Shown here piece by piece: positions 1 through 9,273 of a stretch of DNA of 64,000 bases (positions are counted from its first letter, which is position 1; each line of letters begins with the position of its first letter). The stretch is from positions 32,001 through 96,000 of the IMG/VR virus record IMGVR_UViG_3300032893_000010. One strand, 5' to 3'. Below the pieces are notes generated by a model. It ran no database searches. It had not been told where the DNA came from and worked only from the letters and a program-made list of their open reading frames with translations. The position numbers and the translations under genes are program-made. The stretch is from a virus.

Positions 1-1
1 C

Positions 2-1483
2 ACGGCGCTGGTTCCTCCTACTACGATAGATTACACATCTAAGGACTGGCTTGGGTTCGTCACATCGATGCTGAATTACGCTAAGGTGGCTTTTCCTGAA
101 TGGGATACTTCATCTCAGGGTGATTTCGGTGTGATGCTTGTAGAGCTGTTCGCTTACATGGGAGATATACTTTCGTTCTACGGGGACAGGCTGACTCAGG
201 AAGCTTATCTTCCTACGGCGACACAAAGACTATCCATACTGAACATCGCACAGCTACTAGGATACATTCCTACGAATGGTTCTCCTGCTACTGGAACGGT
301 AACTCTTCAGACTATAAATCCCGGTCCAGCGATAGTTGTCCCTGCTGGCACGCAGTTAACTACCAGCTTTGTCACATCGATAGATCAGCCTGTCATATAT
401 CAGACGAACACATCAGTTACCGTACCTCAGAATGGAGGGACTATAACTGTAGGTGTAACGCAGGGGCAGACATTCTCCATGCAAACTCTGGGAATATCTG
501 ATGGTACGGCAGGACAGGTCTTCCAGTTGCCTCAGGCTGATGTGGAAGATGGCACTGTGTCAGTGTACATATCATCCGCATCAGGAAATATCTTGTGGAA
601 TCCAGTTCAGTTTCTTGTTGACAGCGGTCCTGGTGACCTGGTATACTCCTTGTCGGTTGACCAGAACCAGATGACGAACATAACATTCGGGGATAATATA
701 AATGGAGCAATACCAGGTATCGGACTTATCATTTATGCTACTTACACCATCGGGGTTGGTTCAGCAGGTAATCAGCCAGCCGGATCAGTTGGCACGTTTG
801 TTACACCCATTACCGGAGTTTACGTACCATTTCAGTCAGCAGGAAGTACCTTATTCCAGTCAACAGCAATGACAGGAGGCTCTGATCCTGAAACTAATGA
901 CCAGATCAGGGCTAACGCACCGCAGTCGTATCAGGTGCAGCAGAGAGCTGTGTCAACATCAGACTTCGCAGCTTTAGCGCTTAACGTTCCCGGTGTCCTG
1001 ATGACTAATGCTGTCGCTAACCACTCAACATCAGTGACGTTGTACGCTTTAGGACCTAACTACCTGGCAGCGGATTCAGGAATACAGGCAGACATACAAA
1101 CGTACTTCTCAGATAAGATACTTGCTGGTACGTCTCTTACTATAGGCTCCCCTGGATTGATAGCTGTAGACATAGGAGCTAACGGAAACGGGATCACTCT
1201 TCAGGTTGCTGATAATTATAATCAGGGAGTCGTCGTAGCAAATGTGACTACGGCCCTTCAGGCTACATTGTCTCCTCCTAATTCCCAGTTCGGAATGCTG
1301 CTGCAAGTATCCGCGATTTACTCAGCTATCATGTCTGTTCCTGGCGTTGTCTATACTATAGTTAACATAATGACCAGGGAAGATGTGACCCAGGCTAATA
1401 CTAATCCTATCCAGTTCCGACAGTCTGAGATTCCAGTGTCCGGTAACGTGTGGATCAATGCCTCCGGGGGCATCCTAACATGA
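2..1483 (+). CDS. Baseplate J-like protein (5' partial)
   Basis: Frame is open from position 2 (TALVPPTTIDYTSKDW...); IDYTSKD / SQGDFGVMLVELFAY N-terminus, FGDNINGAIP and GGSDPET..QIR..AP...RAVS..DF motifs typical of baseplate J/gp47 wedge proteins. Confidence 0.9.
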   Translation, partial: TALVPPTTIDYTSKDWLGFVTSMLNYAKVAFPEWDTSSQGDFGVMLVELFAYMGDILSFYGDRLTQEAYLPTATQRLSILNIAQLLGYIPTNGSPATGTVTLQTINPGPAIVVPAGTQLTTSFVTSIDQPVIYQTNTSVTVPQNGGTITVGVTQGQTFSMQTLGISDGTAGQVFQLPQADVEDGTVSVYISSASGNILWNPVQFLVDSGPGDLVYSLSVDQNQMTNITFGDNINGAIPGIGLIIYATYTIGVGSAGNQPAGSVGTFVTPITGVYVPFQSAGSTLFQSTAMTGGSDPETNDQIRANAPQSYQVQQRAVSTSDFAALALNVPGVLMTNAVANHSTSVTLYALGPNYLAADSGIQADIQTYFSDKILAGTSLTIGSPGLIAVDIGANGNGITLQVADNYNQGVVVANVTTALQATLSPPNSQFGMLLQVSAIYSAIMSVPGVVYTIVNIMTREDVTQANTNPIQFRQSEIPVSGNVWINASGGILT

Positions 1484-1860
1484 CTCAGGTCTTAGAAAGA
1501 TTTAGGTCGGCGGTTTTTGGATTAGGCAAAGTTTACGGGCCATACTGTAGCGACGGAAGAGTGAATGGTATTTACAACTGGAGCGCTCGCTCTTTTCATG
1601 ACTGTCAGGCAGTTATCGGCATGATAGGAACATTCTTAGACGACATTAAAAGAAAGCAGATAGAAGATGTGCTCCTGGTCGCTAAATTTAATCCCCCCAA
1701 AAATGGACCTAGATGTAAAAACGGACATTACTATAAGGACGTTGGACGACGCTCTGATGGCAAGTGTGCTCAGTGCGCTAGAGACTTTGATAACAAGAGG
1801 TATGAAAGGGGTCGCATGATTAACGGCATGTTGGTGCAGAAGGTAGGAGAAGTTCAATGA
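1480..1860 (+). pseudogene. N-terminally deleted LAGLIDADG homing endonuclease with C-terminal Zn finger
   Basis: VLERF..AVFGLGKVYGPY...YNW...QAVI..I...L...KRKQI resembles the second half of single-motif LAGLIDADG proteins; CKNGH...DGKCAQC tail; no LAGLIDADG motif; ATGA overlaps at both ends. Confidence 0.6.
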
Positions 1861-2633
1861 CCTTAAGTAATGTACAAGCTGTTTACCCTGACGGTATATT
1901 CCCTTGGGTTGACAGGGTTGACGAGCAGGATATAGTATTCGCTGAGGATGTTAATCCTTTAGCGGCAGAGATAGAATCTATCGAGCAGACCATAGGTACT
2001 ACTCCTCAGATAGAGCCTAATCCTCCTCAAGGTGGCACGCCCATAACATACTCATCGATATCATCTCGTATATCAGCAGCTATGGATAATTCTAATCTTC
2101 CTGTCGTATCCCTGGGCAATTCGTCATTCACCTGCCCTAATAACACGGTGGGAAACCTGCTGCCTTATTTCAGGAGATTCGATCCATTCAATTGCTATAA
2201 CGGATCTGATGTTACAGTACCGGCATCTGGGTGGTGGATAGTAACATCAACTCAGACCTGGGATTGGTGGTCAGACGGGTATTCTTGCCATCGCCTGTGT
2301 CTTAACGGCATAGGAGGAATCATACATGAGCAGTTCATTGACTGGGAATTCTCAGGCAATCTTGTTCCTAACAATCCTCAGTTCGGCGTGGTTGACGGGC
2401 AGATCGTACCTGTTCCTACTGGTTCAAGACTTCCTAACGTATTCCCCAGGTACTGGGAATTCGGCAAGAGGCCAAGGCAGACTACAACTACATGGCAGGG
2501 TCTTCTCAATGCGGGTGACAGGCTTTCTTCCACTGCGGAGAATGGCACATCTAATGCTTCTCATTCTATTTCCAATATGAGTTTCAAGGCCATCATGATA
2601 AAGACTGTGACCGGAAGTTTCACTAGTGGTTAG
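1857..2633 (+). CDS. Virion/tail structural protein
   Basis: Inside tail operon; A.YP...W.DRVD..D.V.AEDVN.L..EI..IE..IGT.P N-terminus seen in tail-associated proteins. Confidence 0.6.
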   Translation: MTLSNVQAVYPDGIFPWVDRVDEQDIVFAEDVNPLAAEIESIEQTIGTTPQIEPNPPQGGTPITYSSISSRISAAMDNSNLPVVSLGNSSFTCPNNTVGNLLPYFRRFDPFNCYNGSDVTVPASGWWIVTSTQTWDWWSDGYSCHRLCLNGIGGIIHEQFIDWEFSGNLVPNNPQFGVVDGQIVPVPTGSRLPNVFPRYWEFGKRPRQTTTTWQGLLNAGDRLSSTAENGTSNASHSISNMSFKAIMIKTVTGSFTSG

Positions 2634-2644
2634 GGTGAATTAAA

Positions 2645-4699
2645 ATTTCAGTTTATGGTATTACCTTATACGGAACGGAAGTATACGGGTACTGGATTCC
2701 TCCCATCTACAGGGTTGATCCTTTTGTTGCCACGCCCTCTTCTTATTCTCAGATAACTGTCACATGGAACAAGCCTGCCGGTACTATCCAGGGATTCAGG
2801 CTGATAAAGAACATGTACGGCGCTCCTGTGGATCAGGATGACGGTGACATACTTATAGACAACACCAGCGGTTACCCTGGTTCTAGCTATGTGGATAACA
2901 ACATAGTCCCTGGCAAGTATCATTACTACGGTTTCTATGTTCTTGTCAACTCATCTATAGATGAGTGGGTCAGGGCTGGCCTCACCGGCTGCCTTATGAT
3001 CAATGATTACAGTTCGTCAGGAATGATGCAAGACCTGATCCCGGGTTTCTATGTCACCAACATACTGGGAACTAACGAGCTGGTGAAAGATCCTGTAGGT
3101 AATACTTTCCTGTCTAAGTTCATGAATGTGTGCGGCTGGGGATTTGATTATCTTAGAACTCAGTACGATACATATAAGAACGTGAACAACCCATGGGAAG
3201 TTCCTCTTAACGACCTGTATACTATGGCCGGTCAGTTCGGTATCAATATCAATCCTGAGATACATCCTTACACTCTCAGGAAAGCGATCTATTACAACGC
3301 TACAGTGAATCAGCTTCGGGGGACTGTGGCAGGAATATCCGCAGAGCTGTCAGCTCTGACAGGATGGAACGCTAACATAACTACCGGACCTAACATGATG
3401 CTGAGCAACGACCAGTCGTATTTCGCTAATCCGTCTTATCCGTCTTGGTCAGCTAACATCACTTACAACACAGGGGAAAGAGTATCCTACGGGAACTATT
3501 TCTATCAGTGCATTTCATCTTCCAACAAAGGTAATGCGCCGTCAGGATCAAACTCTAATAACACCTGGTGGGAAGTCTTGCTCAGCGTAAGTGACAATAC
3601 GGTGCTGCTGAATTCTAGTACAGGCTGGCCGGACACATGGGAAATCCTGTACCCTCTGATATCTAACGGTCAGCCAGCATCTAACAGCCTTTATGAATCC
3701 ATAGGAACATCCGATCCCCTGTCAGTATCTGATTTCTCTTTCAACTCCCTCACCGGGCAGAACCTTCACGGTTCTTCTACTGACGTGTACTTAAGGTCAG
3801 TTGCCAGGACTACTGCTGACATGGCAACTGTGACGACTAGTTTCGCTCCTGATAAATATCAGGCGGCGGCGGACGGGATACCGATACCGTTCATAGGATT
3901 CAATCAGGTATGGAATCCATCTGAGGAATACTCCCCGCAGGATATAGTCACGTACAATAATCAGCCTTTCCTGGCTCTCAGGGCATCTAAGAATTCTGTT
4001 CCCCCGTATGCATCGCCAGGTTCTGCTACGCAGGACTGGGTTCCGTTGAGTTTCGATCAGCGCTTCAGGGTATGTGTGTCTTCGTACATAACGAGTTCAT
4101 CATCTGTGGCCGTGTATCCTTTCGCTGAGTGGTATGATGCTGGTGGTAATTTCATAACCAGGATAATATCAAGGAACCCTGTGGGAGGGTCAGTCGGGAT
4201 ACCTAATCAGCTAGCTTACGACTCTTTTACTGTGGGTTCTGGTACTGCGCTATCATCAAGAACTACTAATGACGGAGGAAATACATGGACTCAGAACACG
4301 GGAAGCTTTTCGGTGTCCCCGTTCGGGACAGGATGTGCTTACCCGACAACTACCGGGCAGAGAAGCATCTCTACTGTGACCACTGGGAATGCCAATGCTC
4401 AGGCAGGTCTTACATTCGTTACTTCCCCTCAGTCGGGCCAGTCAACAGGTCTGATCCTGCGGTATACAGATAATAACAATTACCTGAGAGCTGACATGAC
4501 TAAGCTCAAGCAGTGCTCTGCTGGGGTGCTGACTACATTAGGTACTTATTCACAGGCAGCAGTCGTGGGGGACAGGCTGCTGGTCAAGCTTAGCGGATCT
4601 ACCATAACTGTGTACGTAAACAACGTCCAGGTGCTCCAGGTGACATCTTCTTTCAATTCATCTAGCAGCACATTCGGAATCATAAATGAGAATACATAA
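2645..4699 (+). CDS. Baseplate wedge/tail protein with two CBM5/12-like modules
   Basis: Frame open from 2639, probable ATT start at 2645; RKAIYYNA..NQLRGT..GI...L.ALTGW tail-protein-I-like segment; WSANITYNTGERVSYGNYFYQC and WNPSEEYSPQDIVTYNNQPFLA repeats. Confidence 0.7.
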   Translation: MSVYGITLYGTEVYGYWIPPIYRVDPFVATPSSYSQITVTWNKPAGTIQGFRLIKNMYGAPVDQDDGDILIDNTSGYPGSSYVDNNIVPGKYHYYGFYVLVNSSIDEWVRAGLTGCLMINDYSSSGMMQDLIPGFYVTNILGTNELVKDPVGNTFLSKFMNVCGWGFDYLRTQYDTYKNVNNPWEVPLNDLYTMAGQFGININPEIHPYTLRKAIYYNATVNQLRGTVAGISAELSALTGWNANITTGPNMMLSNDQSYFANPSYPSWSANITYNTGERVSYGNYFYQCISSSNKGNAPSGSNSNNTWWEVLLSVSDNTVLLNSSTGWPDTWEILYPLISNGQPASNSLYESIGTSDPLSVSDFSFNSLTGQNLHGSSTDVYLRSVARTTADMATVTTSFAPDKYQAAADGIPIPFIGFNQVWNPSEEYSPQDIVTYNNQPFLALRASKNSVPPYASPGSATQDWVPLSFDQRFRVCVSSYITSSSSVAVYPFAEWYDAGGNFITRIISRNPVGGSVGIPNQLAYDSFTVGSGTALSSRTTNDGGNTWTQNTGSFSVSPFGTGCAYPTTTGQRSISTVTTGNANAQAGLTFVTSPQSGQSTGLILRYTDNNNYLRADMTKLKQCSAGVLTTLGTYSQAAVVGDRLLVKLSGSTITVYVNNVQVLQVTSSFNSSSSTFGIINENT

Positions 4700-4910
4700 T
4701 GCCCTATAAAGATCCTGTGTTCAGGCAGAAGTATGTTAATGAGTATAAAAGAAAGCAGACCATGATCATTCATGTTGTTCAGGAAAGAAGAGTTGTGGTA
4801 AGTGCATCAGAGGATTACTTTGCGGGAAGTGTAACATGGCGTTAGGTTTGATGAATGATGATCCTAGCATATTGTTAGACGCAATATGCTACTTAGGGTT
4901 ACGGGGATAA
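4699..4910 (+). pseudogene. Endonuclease VII-type homing endonuclease remnant (internal deletion and frameshift)
   Basis: MPYKDPVFRQKY from 4699; in another frame 4758-4910 reads DHDHSCCSGKKSCGKCIRGLLCGKCNMALGLMNDDPSILLDAICYL with no start codon. Confidence 0.85.
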
Positions 4911-4913
4911 TAC

Positions 4914-6650
4914 ATGCCGTATACGAGCAACTACTGTAGAAATCCGTCATGCCAGCTAGGCTTACAGGATTATACGACCCTTCTGAATGCTGAAGTACAA
5001 CTAGATAATACTTCTATTCTTTACGGAACCTATTCAGCATTCATCAGGTGCCCTGGTGAGCAGGCAGGTGAGGGATGCATTCTCCCGGGCGGTATAATCC
5101 CAGGGCATTCTGTGTGTTCTGCTTCTGTGTACGTAAAAGGAACTGGATCGGTAGTCATCTATGTTGCTGTCAATCCTGGGGGTACTATAATCGCCTCGAA
5201 ACCAGTCTCACTTACGGGTAACTGGCAGAGGATAGTCTTCAGCGGCATAACATGTACTCCAGGGCAGACTTTATACCTGATAGTATCTACTGCTATAGGT
5301 GAAGAGTGCGGGATATGGGTATCAGGTATCCAGATAGAGGATTCGTCGCCTTGCCATCCTTATTGTGACGGAGATCAGGACGGCTGCGAATGGCTAGAAG
5401 GATTCTGGGGCGGAATGTCTCAGTGCCTCTACGAAAATTCCCTGGTCCTGGTATCTAATGCCCTTGCCACGTCTAACATAGTAAGCATATTGCAAAAGGG
5501 ACTGAGGGTATACATATATCCTGAGGAAGATAACCCAGTCACCTATTCAGATCTGGTGTACGTGTCCGGTCCCGGTCCTGTGGGAGCAATAAAAGATTTT
5601 GCTGTGGCCCAGTTGACCGACCCTGATCCTGCGCAGACTTATACTTCGTGGAATACCGCGGGATCATCAACATCTACAGGAGGATCATACACGCGAGAGT
5701 GGGCTTGCTTCTATCCTCCTGTTGACTATCTTGTGTCTGGAGGGAATGTGCTGTATTCGAGAGCTGCTTACATGGCGACTGGTTTTTATTTCGCATCGGT
5801 TCCTAACAGCGGAACCGTGAATCTTGCCAGGGTGCAGACTGAAGTCCTGCCTTTGTCAACTGGCTATTCTCAGCCTGCGCCGTCTGCTTATGATACTCCC
5901 AGGGCGATTCATTCTATCGTGAGACCAGACAGGCTGAATTACTGCACGAATCCTAGTATTGAAGCGGATACTACCGGATGGTCTGGTCTGGGATCGGGTT
6001 CAGTATCACAGGATGGAACTGTTTCTGTCGGTCAGATAATAGAATACGATGATAACATCCTGACTGCCGGGACTAAGAGCCTTAAGGTCACGGTTAACGC
6101 TAACGGAGATGGCGCGCAGATATCAATCCCGGACCTGATAACAGGATACACGTACATAGCATCAGCCTATGTGCAGTCTGGTCCTGGCATGGCGAATATA
6201 GTTATGTCCATAGCCAACGGGACTACTTCTGTGCTGGCATCGGGAGGTACAGGTTACGGTACGGGGACTTACGATGCTGGTCCATACGGAGGAATAAGTC
6301 CTTCTTCAGACCTGGCTACGTCAAAGTGGTTCAGGATCTACTGTTCCTTCACTGCCACATCGGATACTCATGTGCTTCAGGTAACATCCTCATCAGCAGC
6401 AGACATATCATACCCTTCTCATATATGGATCGATGCTGTCCTGGTGGAGGATGGCGAGCTTCTGCAATTCTATTTCGATGGATCATTCGGGAATAATTAT
6501 TCCTGGGAATCCACGTCAGGAAAGTCAAGGTCTTACTATTATGATCAGAGGCAGGTAAAAGAAAATGCTTTCCTTAATGTACTTGAAGGACATGTTCCCC
6601 TGGGCATAAACTACAATTCACCTCAGTATTCTGTCCCTCCGATAGAATAA
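4914..6650 (+). CDS. Minor tail protein with carbohydrate-binding-like domains
   Basis: Two NYCxNPS repeats followed by YCDGD/YFDGS motifs and W.RI..sF jelly-roll-like segments; last gene of tail operon. Confidence 0.7.
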   Translation: MPYTSNYCRNPSCQLGLQDYTTLLNAEVQLDNTSILYGTYSAFIRCPGEQAGEGCILPGGIIPGHSVCSASVYVKGTGSVVIYVAVNPGGTIIASKPVSLTGNWQRIVFSGITCTPGQTLYLIVSTAIGEECGIWVSGIQIEDSSPCHPYCDGDQDGCEWLEGFWGGMSQCLYENSLVLVSNALATSNIVSILQKGLRVYIYPEEDNPVTYSDLVYVSGPGPVGAIKDFAVAQLTDPDPAQTYTSWNTAGSSTSTGGSYTREWACFYPPVDYLVSGGNVLYSRAAYMATGFYFASVPNSGTVNLARVQTEVLPLSTGYSQPAPSAYDTPRAIHSIVRPDRLNYCTNPSIEADTTGWSGLGSGSVSQDGTVSVGQIIEYDDNILTAGTKSLKVTVNANGDGAQISIPDLITGYTYIASAYVQSGPGMANIVMSIANGTTSVLASGGTGYGTGTYDAGPYGGISPSSDLATSKWFRIYCSFTATSDTHVLQVTSSSAADISYPSHIWIDAVLVEDGELLQFYFDGSFGNNYSWESTSGKSRSYYYDQRQVKENAFLNVLEGHVPLGINYNSPQYSVPPIE

Positions 6651-6665
6651 TTTATCCTGAACCTA

Positions 6666-6695
6666 TTGACACAGCCGACCCTTCTGTGTTACCAT
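6666..6695 (+). promoter_or_regulatory. SigA/HrdB-type promoter
   Basis: TTGACA-N18-TACCAT with extended -10 TG. Confidence 0.7.
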
Positions 6696-6727
6696 GATAG
6701 CCGGGCCGATATCGGCCCGGCTATCAT
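6694..6727. repeat. Perfect 34-bp palindrome (terminator and/or operator)
   Basis: ATGATAGCCGGGCCGAT|ATCGGCCCGGCTATCAT followed by a T run. Confidence 0.9.
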
Positions 6728-6741
6728 TTTTCGGAGGGTAC

Positions 6742-7356
6742 ATGATTATATGCATTACATCCACTGGTAAAGTACAGAAGCAGTTGATATACGATCTGAT
6801 AGAAGATGCTTTCATGCCTTATGCAGGCAAGGAGCTGACATTGGATGATGAAGAAAGAGATCTGGTCTGCCAGATTCAGGCAGCGGAGGTTCCCGTCTAT
6901 GACCTGGCCCGCGCCTTGTCTCCTGTGATGCCTCTAGAACGCGCTGAGAGCCACGCAGAGGCACTCCCGGACCCTTCCGAGGGTGATCCTGTGCTTGAGG
7001 AGTCCGAAGCCGTAGAATTGATCTCAGAGTGTCTGCTCGGGGAGGACTTCATCAGGGCCGAGTGGATAAGATATTTTGATAAGCTTTCGCTGGCAGAACT
7101 TAAAGGAATAGAGGAAGAGTTGCATAACGCCATAAAAGTAAGAGAAACATTCACTGAATACAGGAATGGCACCAGGTTCGCAGAAAAAGGTCCAGACTAT
7201 ACGGATAAGGGAAGTGTCCCTGAGGGAATAGACAGGACGATAAAATATTACAAGTCTCCTGCGGGCAAGATGAGAAAAGCCGGTCCCAGATCTAAGCCGA
7301 GGCCGAAAGAAGAAGTTGTTTACCTGACTCCTGAAGAAGAATCAGCACTGGAATAA
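6742..7356 (+). CDS. Hypothetical protein
   Basis: GGAGGG RBS before ATG 6742; first gene after promoter. Confidence 0.75.
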   Translation: MIICITSTGKVQKQLIYDLIEDAFMPYAGKELTLDDEERDLVCQIQAAEVPVYDLARALSPVMPLERAESHAEALPDPSEGDPVLEESEAVELISECLLGEDFIRAEWIRYFDKLSLAELKGIEEELHNAIKVRETFTEYRNGTRFAEKGPDYTDKGSVPEGIDRTIKYYKSPAGKMRKAGPRSKPRPKEEVVYLTPEEESALE

Positions 7357-7463
7357 TGGATACTTATATTCATCCTGAGAAATGCAGGTGCAGATGCGAT
7401 CCCTGTAGGGCTAGAATTCATTGCAGCAACAGGAAAAACGGATGCCTGGTTCCCGGCTGCTGA
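7356..7463 (+). CDS. Cys/His-rich microprotein, family copy A (35 aa)
   Basis: TAATG overlap with upstream gene; MDTYIHPEKCRCRCDPCRARIHCSNRKNGCLVPGC. Confidence 0.7.
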   Translation: MDTYIHPEKCRCRCDPCRARIHCSNRKNGCLVPGC

Positions 7464-7594
7464 TCACGGCAAAAATCGTATGCTACAGGGATCATTGTCA
7501 TTGCAATTGCGGTGCATGCTCACCTAAGACGGCATACCAGAACAGGGTACACTGCTGGAATCATAATTCTGATTGTCATAAAGGATGCTACTGA
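7442..7594 (+). CDS. Cys/His-rich microprotein, family copy B (50 aa)
   Basis: ...CHCNCGACSPKTAYQNRVHCWNHNSDCHKGCY; same Cys spacing as copy A. Confidence 0.65.
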   Translation: MPGSRLLITAKIVCYRDHCHCNCGACSPKTAYQNRVHCWNHNSDCHKGCY

Positions 7595-7807
7595 AAAATA
7601 AGAAGCACTGTAGCAGGATCAAGTCAACTGGACTACAGTGCTCCAAGAGGCAGGAGGGGGACCTCTTAACACAATGATATCACAAGGAGAATATAGTGAG
7701 CTGCATAGAGAACGAGATGGGTACGTGCATAAGATCTATCTTTCACCTGGGTAAATGCGAAGGGCAGGAATGCGTTCTGGAAGACTCATCGAATAGGGAG
7801 GAACTAG

Positions 7808-8254
7808 ATGAAGTACGGAGACTTGTCAAATAAGACTGCTCCGAGGGTTTACGTGGTATTCGAAGGACTGGTAGCTTCAGTACCGGACGATAATCTTCAG
7901 GAGTATTCTGACATGATCACGGCCAGGAAAGTTGACTGGTTCAAGGCTATCAAATGCTACCAGTTGAATGACATGGTTTGCGCTAAGTTAATCTGGCTTA
8001 GCTTTCATAGAGATGTTAATTTCACTGTGGTATCGTGGCTCCCTAAGGAAGCATCTTACGGTATCGATGTCTTCTTGCAGAAGAACGGCATACCTGCGGG
8101 GCTTATCATGTCAACACCCTATGAGATATCAATGGAACTTGTGAGAAGACCTGATGTAGTGGCGATATTAGATCCTGATCCATGGCATGTCCTTACTTTC
8201 GGGTCGAAGGCTAAGACTGCTTTTAACGCTGAAGACATAGGAGGAATATTTTGA
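7808..8254 (+). CDS. Hypothetical protein, degenerate HAD-like fold
   Basis: GDLSN..PRVYVVFEGLV N-terminus; resembles 31697-32200. Confidence 0.55.
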   Translation: MKYGDLSNKTAPRVYVVFEGLVASVPDDNLQEYSDMITARKVDWFKAIKCYQLNDMVCAKLIWLSFHRDVNFTVVSWLPKEASYGIDVFLQKNGIPAGLIMSTPYEISMELVRRPDVVAILDPDPWHVLTFGSKAKTAFNAEDIGGIF

Positions 8255-8481
8255 TCTACCTGAAGCCCTCATATTCCATATTGCAAATAGACATGTATCC
8301 AGGATGCTGTGATGAAGATTGCGATGAACAGCATGATCAGGAGGATGATGTCGCCAGCGGTTTCTGGTTAACGTGTTATCTGCACGGAGAGATTGAATGG
8401 TTCGATGTTGAATCAGATATTCCGTGGGAAGAACTAGAAGAATCTGCTGACGAGCACATGCTATCGTTTCTTTATTCTTAG
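8251..8481 (+). CDS. Hypothetical acidic protein
   Basis: ORF track; C..HG motif. Confidence 0.55.
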   Translation: MIYLKPSYSILQIDMYPGCCDEDCDEQHDQEDDVASGFWLTCYLHGEIEWFDVESDIPWEELEESADEHMLSFLYS

Positions 8482-8489
8482 GAGGAACT

Positions 8490-8684
8490 ATGAACTGGCT
8501 AGCTATCAATGACATAAATCATTTCGAGTTGACTACTGATGAACTAGGAGCTTTATATACTCATTGCCCAGATCACGGTGTATTCCGTGTAATAACAGGA
8601 GGAAGACCTATTAAGCTGAGAGAAATATTCAAGGCTATTGCTGAGCATACTGATGAAAGGCATAAGGATGGGCAGGGAATCTAA
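8490..8684 (+). CDS. Hypothetical protein
   Basis: AGGAGG RBS; CPDHG motif. Confidence 0.6.
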   Translation: MNWLAINDINHFELTTDELGALYTHCPDHGVFRVITGGRPIKLREIFKAIAEHTDERHKDGQGI

Positions 8685-9273
8685 GCTTCGTAATCCAAGG
8701 CCGGAATCAAGAACTGAGTATTCTAACGGGGACAGGAAACTGTATGACAGGGACAAGATGCCAGATGGGTTAGATTCTGACATCTGGTCCCTTACCCTGC
8801 TGTTCGAGCAGCTAGCGGAGAAAGATGGCTATTCGGTTCCTGCCAGGCCGATTGTCTACACTGAGCTTTACAACCGCGTCTCAAAGGACCCTGATCTATC
8901 CCAGTTACTACGCTCTGATGACGCTCAATATACGCGCACGCGCGTTACCACCGTATATGATGGTACGCCGTATCTCCTGGTGGAGAAGATGATACATCTG
9001 TACTGGGATATGAGTAATGGTTTTGATTACTACCATAGTATAAATAACTTCTGTAGTATAGAAGTTTTCAACTACCTTAAAGACTATGTAACAGAGACTA
9101 TGAAAAGAGAGAAACTTCATAACACAGGCAGGAGGGAGGAAATAAGGCTGGGCAGTATCAAACCATCTCACAGGACTGAAGAGGAAAGAATCCTGTACCA
9201 TCTCATGAACGACCCCAGGACAGAAGAAGAGTCGAGGAAGAAAATTGAATACTGGCAGAGAGATCATACATAG
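8668..9273 (+). CDS. Hypothetical protein
   Basis: Long ORF overlapping the helicase start. Confidence 0.65.
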   Translation: MGRESKLRNPRPESRTEYSNGDRKLYDRDKMPDGLDSDIWSLTLLFEQLAEKDGYSVPARPIVYTELYNRVSKDPDLSQLLRSDDAQYTRTRVTTVYDGTPYLLVEKMIHLYWDMSNGFDYYHSINNFCSIEVFNYLKDYVTETMKREKLHNTGRREEIRLGSIKPSHRTEEERILYHLMNDPRTEEESRKKIEYWQRDHT

